A program made the position numbers and the translations under genes. Shown one piece after another: positions 57,529-64,000 of a stretch of 64,000 nt of DNA (position 1 is the stretch's first letter; every line of letters begins with the position of its first letter). Source of the DNA: a virus (lineage: Duplodnaviria; Caudoviricetes); IMG/VR virus record IMGVR_UViG_2930666980_000001, positions 1-64,000 of that record; one strand, 5' to 3'. Under the pieces are notes generated by a model. The model saw nothing but the letters and a program-made list of their open reading frames with translations. It did no database searches and was not told where the DNA came from.

Positions 57529-59237
57529 CCCGCCGCCCGGAGATCGTCGCCGCGGCCTCGCGGTACACCCAGCGCAAGCTGCGCCCCCGCGCCGTCGACC
57601 AGAGTTGGCAGACGACCGCATGGGGCTTCTACAAGACGACCCCGGAAGTCCGCTTCGCCGCCCGCTGGACCGGCAACGCCATGTCAGGCGCCCTCCTGTA
57701 CGCAGGCTTCCGCAACGAGCAGGGCATCATCGAGCGGGCCCCCGACGGCCACCGGGCGACGGAGATCGTCAACCAGATCGCCGGAGGCCCCGACGGCCAG
57801 GCGCAGCTCCTCGGCCGCTTCGGCCCACACCTCACCGTCGCAGGAGAGGGCTGGATCGTCGTCCGCCCCGTCCTCGACGGCACCAAGACCGCCATCGGCG
57901 AGGACTGGCGCGTCCTCTCCGTCCGGGAGGTCCAGCAGCAGAGCAGCAAGCTCGTCGCCCAGATCGACGGCTTCCCCGTCGAGATCCCCGGCGACCCGGA
58001 GAACGGCACCCCCGACCCGAACAGCCCGGTCGCGATCCGCGTATGGGACGAGCACCCGGAGAACCACCAGGAGGCCGACAGCCCCGTCAGGTCGTCGCTC
58101 GGCACCCTCGAGGAGATGCACCTCCTCAACGCCGCCGTGAAGGCCATCGCACGGTCGCGGCTCACCGGCCGGGGGATCATCCTCGTTCCCAAGGGCACGA
58201 GGTTCCCCGGCACCCCGGTCCAGGGCAACGCGGAGGACGACCTGATCGACGTGTTCATGGAGGTCGCCGAGACGGCCTACAAGGAACCCGAGAGCGCCGC
58301 CGCCACCGTGCCGATCATCCTCGAGGTGCCGGCCGAGATGATCGGCGACATCAAGCGCCTCACCTTCGAGTCCGATTTCGACAGTCTCGCCAAGGAGCTC
58401 CGCGAGGAGTGCATCCGACGCTTCGCCACCGGCCTCGAGATGCCGGCCGAGATCCTCCTCGGCATGGGCAACGTCAACCACTGGGGCGTCTGGCAGTTGA
58501 GCCAGGAGGCCATCCGCCTCGCCATCGAGCCCCGGCTCGGCATCGTCGCCCACGCCTTCACCACCCAGTGGCTGCGCCCGATCCTCGAGGCCGAGCGCGT
58601 CCCGGACTGGCACCGCTGGATGTGCTGGTACGACACGGCGCCCCTCCGCGTCCGCACCAACCGGTCCGAGACAGCGATCAAGGTCTTCGAGCTTGGCGCG
58701 ATCAGCGGCAAGGCCCTGCGCCGAGAGACCGGCTTCGACGAGGACGACGCACCGACCGCCGCCGAACAGGCAGAGCGCGACCGCACCGACGACGACAACC
58801 CCGACGAGGAGGGCCTGCCCGTGGACGAGACGACCAGCGAACCCGACACCCTGCCCGCCTCCGCCCTCCCCCCGGTCAGCGACGGCCTCCTCGCCGCCAC
58901 CGACGGCCTGATCTGGGCCGCCCTCTCCGCCGCAGGCCGCAAGCTCGAGCGCACCCCCGCCTGCCCCCGCAGCGAGCGCGCCCGGGCCCGCGAGGTCGAC
59001 CCCGCCCAACTCCACACCCTGCTCAGCATCGAGGCGCCGCAGGTCGAGCAATGGCGGCTCCTCGACGGCGCATGGAACCGCGCCCCGGAGATCGCCAAGC
59101 GCTACGGCCTCGACCCGGACTGTCTCACCGAGACCCTCGACGCCTACGCCCGCGAGCTCATCGCGGCCGGGGTGCCGCACGTGTACGAGACCACTGCCGG
59201 CGTCCTCCGCTCCCCATGCCTCCTGGCCGCCGCATGA
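57525..59237 (+). CDS. Portal protein
   Basis: 570 aa between terminase and MuF; W..Y...PEVRF, GL.MP.EILLG....NHW. Confidence 0.85.
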   Translation: MTRRPEIVAAASRYTQRKLRPRAVDQSWQTTAWGFYKTTPEVRFAARWTGNAMSGALLYAGFRNEQGIIERAPDGHRATEIVNQIAGGPDGQAQLLGRFGPHLTVAGEGWIVVRPVLDGTKTAIGEDWRVLSVREVQQQSSKLVAQIDGFPVEIPGDPENGTPDPNSPVAIRVWDEHPENHQEADSPVRSSLGTLEEMHLLNAAVKAIARSRLTGRGIILVPKGTRFPGTPVQGNAEDDLIDVFMEVAETAYKEPESAAATVPIILEVPAEMIGDIKRLTFESDFDSLAKELREECIRRFATGLEMPAEILLGMGNVNHWGVWQLSQEAIRLAIEPRLGIVAHAFTTQWLRPILEAERVPDWHRWMCWYDTAPLRVRTNRSETAIKVFELGAISGKALRRETGFDEDDAPTAAEQAERDRTDDDNPDEEGLPVDETTSEPDTLPASALPPVSDGLLAATDGLIWAALSAAGRKLERTPACPRSERARAREVDPAQLHTLLSIEAPQVEQWRLLDGAWNRAPEIAKRYGLDPDCLTETLDAYARELIAAGVPHVYETTAGVLRSPCLLAAA

Positions 59238-59667
59238 GCCCCGACCCCGGTCGCGCCCCGGCCGTCGACGAGCAGCCCGCCCCCCTCGCCGCGGGCGACG
59301 TACACGCCGACTGGTGCCCGGTCTGCAAGGCCTGGACGGTCCTGGCCGGCATGACGCTCCTCCTCACCGCGGCCGGTGTCTCCCAGGTCGGGACCTTCTC
59401 CTGGTGCGAGGTCTGCGATGACCCCGCTTTCCAGGCCGACCAGGGAGGGCGCACCGATGGCCGCTGACGCCGCCGAGGAGTGGCCGCCCGCCCCGCAGCT
59501 GACTGCGACGCATGACCTCCTGTGTGCCGCCTGCAAGGAGCTGACGCTCAGCGTCGTCACCGTCACCGTCCCCACCGGCCAGGGTGCCAGGCCAATCGGA
59601 GGGTGGGCCTGCTGCATGAACGTGGAGTGCCGGGCCACCCCTCACCCAACGATGAAGGAGCCCGACC

Positions 59668-62600
59668 ATGGCGGTAGCTGACGAGCTCGAGGACCAGCTG
59701 CAGCGCGCAGAGGTCGATGTCGCCAAGGAGGTCGCGGCCGTCCTCGCGGAGGTCGCCCTCGAGTTCGCGGCCGAGCTCGAGGCCGCCGACGAGATCGTGG
59801 CCGCTCGGTTCTCCGTGTCCCGGATCGCCCGCATGTGGACGTCCCGCATGCCCCGGGTGGTGCGCCGCCTGCTGCGCGTCGCCGAGACGGCCGCGGAGAA
59901 CACCGCCGACACCGTCGAGCTCCCCCTCCCCGACGGGTGGGACGACCTCCCCGGCCGGTACGACGACGACCGGGAACTCCCCCTGGGCATCGGCCAGTAC
60001 GTCGAGACGACCGAACACCTCCTGCGCGCGGTGGGGGACCGGGTCTCTGACGCTGCGGTGCGGGAGCTCGCTGCCGGCATGGACGAGGGCGAGACCATCG
60101 ACCAGCTCCGCGCCCGCCTCCGGGCCGCCTTCCGGCGGGAAGGGGCGCAGCTCGGTACCGCCCGTGAGGACCGCATCGCGATCACGGAGGCCGGGCGCGC
60201 CTGGAACACGGCGACGCTCGCCGCCGCCCAGGCCCTCACCGGCCCGGACCGGCCGCTCGTCAAGCAGTGGCTCACCCGCCGTGACACCCGTGTCCGGGAC
60301 GCCCATGCCGACGTGAACGGGCAGCTCCGCCTCCTCGACGAGCCGTTCACCGTTGCCGGGGTCGAGATGGCGGCCCCCCTCGACCCGACCGCGCCGCCCG
60401 CCCTGGTCGTCAACTGCCGCTGTGTGCTGGCCGTCGCGACCGCAGACCGCACCGCCGCCTACGAATCTCAGACGCCCGCCCGAGACGCGGCTAAGAATCG
60501 ACGGAAGGATCCCGGTGTGCCCGACCTTGTGACGGCTGCGGCCGACGCCGACCACCACACGGGCGCCATGATCGCGCTCGTCCCCACCCAGGAGGACGCC
60601 GAACGCCTTGCGATCGACGGCGGCGAGGCGGCCGACGAGCTCCACCTGACCCTGTACTTCCTCGGCGAGGGCGCCGACTGGTCGACCGACCAGCGCAACG
60701 AGCTGATCGACCTCGTCCGGTCCCGCGCGGAGGACCTCGAGCCCATCACCGCCCGGGCGTTCGGGGCGAACCACTGGAACGCCGGCAGCGACTCGCCCAG
60801 CTGGGTGTGGGCCGTCGGCGACGACCGCGACCGCCCCCAGGACTCCCCGACGCTCGAGACCGCCCACTACGCGGCGACGTACGCCCTCGAGGACCGGCAC
60901 GGCCCGGACATCCCCGTACAGCACTCCCCATGGTCGCCCCACGTCTGCGCGGTCTACAGCGGCGAGACGTGGCCGCTCGAGCTCCTCCTCGAGCAGCTCG
61001 GCCCGATCACCTTCGACCGGATCCGCCTCGCCTTCGAGGGCGAGGTCACGGACATCCCCCTCGGCACCACGGAGGAATCCATGGACACCACCGACGACGA
61101 GAGGACGGCGGCCGGCATGCAGACACGAGCCTGGTCCACCCCTGATGAAACCGCCCTGGCCTTCGAGGACCAGGAGACCGGCGACGGCCGCGTGTTCGCC
61201 CCCGGTGCCCTGTTCTGGGAGGGCGGGCCCTGGCCGCTCCAGTACGCCGACGAGATGCTGATGGGCCACCAGGGCGCGGAGCTCGCCGGGGCCATCGAGA
61301 CCATCGACCGGCAGGGCGGCCGGATCGCCGGGAGCGGCGTCATCTACGCCGACCGCGCCGCCGGAGCCGACGCCATCCAGTTCCTCGACGAGAAGGCCCC
61401 CCTGGGCGTCTCCGTCGACCTCGACGACGTCGATATCGAGTTCGTCGACAAGACCATGTCGCCCGAGGACGCCGAGATGTACGGGCTGGTCGCCTCGCTG
61501 TCCTCGCTGAGCGTGCTGCGCCTCGAGGACGGGGCGCTCATGCTCACCGCGAGCAGCGCCCCGGTATGGACGGCCTCCGGGACGGCGATGGCCCGCAACC
61601 AGCACTCCGTGCAGTTCATCACCGGCCCCGGAGGCCGGATCAGCCGCGAGGCCCTGCGCACAGCGTTCGCCGGCACGACGTTCCTCACCGCCGCGGCCGG
61701 TGACCGCGACGACCCGGACAGCGGCGTCGTCGTCCACTCGGAGAGCGCGGGCGACCTCCTCGTCCGGATCACCCGGGCCCGGATGCGCGGCGCGACCCTC
61801 GTCGCCATGCCCGCCTACTCCAATGCCCGGATCGTCCTGGACCCGGTCGACGACGAGGGCCAGGAGGAGACGGCCGCCGCAGGGGTCCAGACGGCCGCAG
61901 GAGTCTCTGACACGCACCGCCGGGTCGTCGCGTACGTCCGGGCCTCCCCGATCGCCGTGGGGGCCCGTGAGGTCGGTAAGGCCCTCGGCCTGCGCACCGA
62001 CACCGTCCGCGGCCACCTGTCCCGCGCCGTCGCTGCCGGCACCCTCGTCCGCCTGGCACCCGGCCAGTTCGTGGGGGCGTCGACGATGCCGGAGGGCGCA
62101 CCGCTCGAGACCCTCGCCGAAGACGACACCGGTGAGCTCACGGAGCTCGAGGCCTCCGCCTGGACCGCGATGCGCGACACCGACCCGATGCCGGCAGGCT
62201 GGTTCCAGGAGCCGACCGACGAGGAACTCCCCCCAGGGAGCGGCGGCGTGCACTACAGCGGCGGCCGGATCTTCGGCTGGGTCGCCCAGGCAGGGGAGCC
62301 GCACGCCGGTTACCCGGGCAGGCAGCTGACGATCGAGTCGCTCGGCGACATCGACACCTCCCACTTCCTGCGCGCCCGCTTCCAGCTCGACGACGGCAGC
62401 ATGGTCAAGGCCGGTGCCTTCACCATGAACGCCCCTCACCACAGGGACGGCGCGGAGTGTGAGAGCGCGGCGTGCCAGTTCGATGACACGAGGACCGTGG
62501 CCGGCATCGTCACCGTCGGCATGAACGCCCGGGGCATGTGGTTCTCCGGCGCGGCGTCCCCGTGGCTCTCGGAGTGGGACCGCCGGGTGTTCTCCGCCTG

Positions 62601-63024
62601 CCAGCCCAGCTACCACATGAAGCAGGGCGCCGGGTCCCGCTGGCAGCTCCGCGCCGTCCTGTCCGTACCCGTGCCCGGACACTCGTCCCCGCTCCTCGCG
62701 ACGGCGGTCGCCGAGCGCTCCAACCTCGCACTGGCCGCGTCCGCGTCCGCCGTCCTGACCAGCCCGGACACCATGCCCGGATACCAGGCGGACACGTCCG
62801 GGCAGCCGGTGCCCGGACAGTCCGCGGACACGTCCGGACTCCTCGCCGCGCTCACCGCCGACCCGGCCACCCTGGACGCCCTCCTGACGCTCCTGCAGCA
62901 GCGGGAGAGCGACCAGCAGGCCGCCCGTAAGGCGGAGGTCGAGCAGCTCAGCGCAGCCGTCGCAGCCGCCGCCACCGTCCCCCCGCCGCTCGTCGCGGCA
63001 GCCCCTCAGAACGGAGACCAGTGA
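59668..63024 (+). CDS. MuF-like minor head protein fused to a 2H phosphoesterase and a probable capsid-maturation region
   Basis: MuF KQWLTRRDTRVRDAH...VNCRC; 2H motifs HLTL and HVCA; ETGDGRVF; internal winged HTH. Confidence 0.85.
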   Translation: MAVADELEDQLQRAEVDVAKEVAAVLAEVALEFAAELEAADEIVAARFSVSRIARMWTSRMPRVVRRLLRVAETAAENTADTVELPLPDGWDDLPGRYDDDRELPLGIGQYVETTEHLLRAVGDRVSDAAVRELAAGMDEGETIDQLRARLRAAFRREGAQLGTAREDRIAITEAGRAWNTATLAAAQALTGPDRPLVKQWLTRRDTRVRDAHADVNGQLRLLDEPFTVAGVEMAAPLDPTAPPALVVNCRCVLAVATADRTAAYESQTPARDAAKNRRKDPGVPDLVTAAADADHHTGAMIALVPTQEDAERLAIDGGEAADELHLTLYFLGEGADWSTDQRNELIDLVRSRAEDLEPITARAFGANHWNAGSDSPSWVWAVGDDRDRPQDSPTLETAHYAATYALEDRHGPDIPVQHSPWSPHVCAVYSGETWPLELLLEQLGPITFDRIRLAFEGEVTDIPLGTTEESMDTTDDERTAAGMQTRAWSTPDETALAFEDQETGDGRVFAPGALFWEGGPWPLQYADEMLMGHQGAELAGAIETIDRQGGRIAGSGVIYADRAAGADAIQFLDEKAPLGVSVDLDDVDIEFVDKTMSPEDAEMYGLVASLSSLSVLRLEDGALMLTASSAPVWTASGTAMARNQHSVQFITGPGGRISREALRTAFAGTTFLTAAAGDRDDPDSGVVVHSESAGDLLVRITRARMRGATLVAMPAYSNARIVLDPVDDEGQEETAAAGVQTAAGVSDTHRRVVAYVRASPIAVGAREVGKALGLRTDTVRGHLSRAVAAGTLVRLAPGQFVGASTMPEGAPLETLAEDDTGELTELEASAWTAMRDTDPMPAGWFQEPTDEELPPGSGGVHYSGGRIFGWVAQAGEPHAGYPGRQLTIESLGDIDTSHFLRARFQLDDGSMVKAGAFTMNAPHHRDGAECESAACQFDDTRTVAGIVTVGMNARGMWFSGAASPWLSEWDRRVFSACQPSYHMKQGAGSRWQLRAVLSVPVPGHSSPLLATAVAERSNLALAASASAVLTSPDTMPGYQADTSGQPVPGQSADTSGLLAALTADPATLDALLTLLQQRESDQQAARKAEVEQLSAAVAAAATVPPPLVAAAPQNGDQ

Positions 63025-63197
63025 TGCCCTGCTCCTGCCAGTCCAAGCGCCAGCAGTACGAGGTGGTGACCGCGGCCGGGAAGGTCGTGTTCACCTCCGC
63101 CAACAAGGCGACCGCCGACACCGTCGCCAAGCGCTACGAGAACAGCGAGGTCCGGGAGAAGGCCAAGACTGGAGCAGCGGCCAAGGCCGCCACCTGA
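63024..63197 (+). CDS. Small head-module protein
   Basis: TGATG coupling; 57-aa ORF beginning MPCSC. Confidence 0.7.
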   Translation: MPCSCQSKRQQYEVVTAAGKVVFTSANKATADTVAKRYENSEVREKAKTGAAAKAAT

Positions 63198-63334
63198 CCC
63201 CCCGGTAACGACACCGCACCGCCGCGGCGCCGACTAGCTATGCTGGTCGGCGTCGCTGCTGGTGTGCTAGGCCGGGCGACGTCGCCGCTGGTGCTAGGCC
63301 GGGCTCCAAGTTCTTTTCCGCTGGAGCGCCCACC

Positions 63335-64000
63335 ATGGCCGACTTCGAACTCCCCGAGAACATCGCCGCCCTGAACGACGACGAGCTCACCGAGCTCCTC
63401 GACGGCGCGACCAAAGAGTTCAACAGCAAGAGCACCAGCAGCGTCGTCACCCCCAAGGACATCGAGCAGCTCCGCGCGCTCGCCAAGGGCGTCGAGGACA
63501 TCCGCACCGAGCAGGCCGCCCGTGTCGAGGCCGCCACCCAGGCCGCTGCCGAGATCGACGCCCTCGCCGCCCAGGTCCGTGGCAACACCGCCGACGACCC
63601 GGCGGCCGAGCCGACCGGCGAAGAGACCACCGCCGCGGCGGAGACCGCCCCGGCCGCCGAGCCTGCCGAGCCCGCTCCCGTTCAGGAGCCGGAGCAGCAG
63701 GCGACCGCCTCCGCGATGGTCGCGACCCGCCCGGCCCTGAACCTCTCCGGTATCCGGCGCCGTCAGCCGAACGTCCTCCCGGCGGCCCCGGCCCCGGGCA
63801 CGACGATCACGGCGGCCGTCGACGTCCCCGGCTACGCCCCCGGCTCTCCGCTCGACTTCGGCGACATCACTGCCGGCATCATCAGCCGCGCCAACGCCCT
63901 CAAGACCGCGGGGGGCGGGGTCGGCCAGGTGATCAGCTACCGGCACCCGTACCCGGAAGACATGATCGTCACCGACTCCTCGTCGGCCCCGGAGGGGACC
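63335..64000 (+). CDS. Major capsid protein with scaffold-like N-terminus (runs off the window end)
   Basis: RBS ggag; helical N-terminus, ITAAVDVPGY; position after the MuF fusion. Confidence 0.8.
   Translation, partial: MADFELPENIAALNDDELTELLDGATKEFNSKSTSSVVTPKDIEQLRALAKGVEDIRTEQAARVEAATQAAAEIDALAAQVRGNTADDPAAEPTGEETTAAAETAPAAEPAEPAPVQEPEQQATASAMVATRPALNLSGIRRRQPNVLPAAPAPGTTITAAVDVPGYAPGSPLDFGDITAGIISRANALKTAGGGVGQVISYRHPYPEDMIVTDSSSAPEGT

Larger units (their letters stand above)
921..64000. mobile_element. Large prophage starting at the tRNA 3' end and continuing beyond the window
   Basis: Repressor/Cro, YqaJ/RecT, WhiB, Rep with iterons, terminase, portal, MuF and capsid genes in phage order; no host housekeeping genes after the tRNA. 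Confidence 0.93.

Noticed and set aside
921-64000. Abundant CTCGAG, GAGCTC and GTCGAC hexamers
   Set aside because: Explained by preferred codon pairs (Leu-Glu, Glu-Leu, Val-Asp), unlike TGCCGGCA, which needs rare codons.

Overview
High-GC actinobacterial DNA, most likely Streptomyces. The first ~1 kb is host chromosome (small conserved gene, two tRNA-Asn, one tRNA with CAT anticodon). From the end of that tRNA to past the window end is a large temperate phage; no integrase lies in the window. Module order: repressor/Cro switch; recombination genes (YqaJ exonuclease, RecT, DnaQ-like, RuvC-like); WhiB; an Acb2/Tad1-like protein; a Rep gene with iterons; small accessory genes; a plasmid-like membrane cassette (21-27 kb); a co-regulated block of polyvalent/anti-defence-like genes (27.5-42 kb); a 10-kb enzyme cluster; then terminase, portal, a MuF-2H-phosphoesterase fusion and the start of the major capsid gene. 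Strongest candidates for new biology: (1) the enzyme cluster next to the terminase (two ParB-like genes, Gp88, DegT aminotransferase, inositol-3-phosphate synthase, three PP-loop/PAPS-reductase proteins, IbrB-like ParB, cupin), which may add an aminocyclitol to phage DNA; (2) the palindrome TGCCGGCA, seen at least 48 times and often written with rare codons; (3) six near-identical promoters overlaid with TTGnnCAA operators at 14-bp spacing. Family assignments come from motif recognition by eye; no searches were run.
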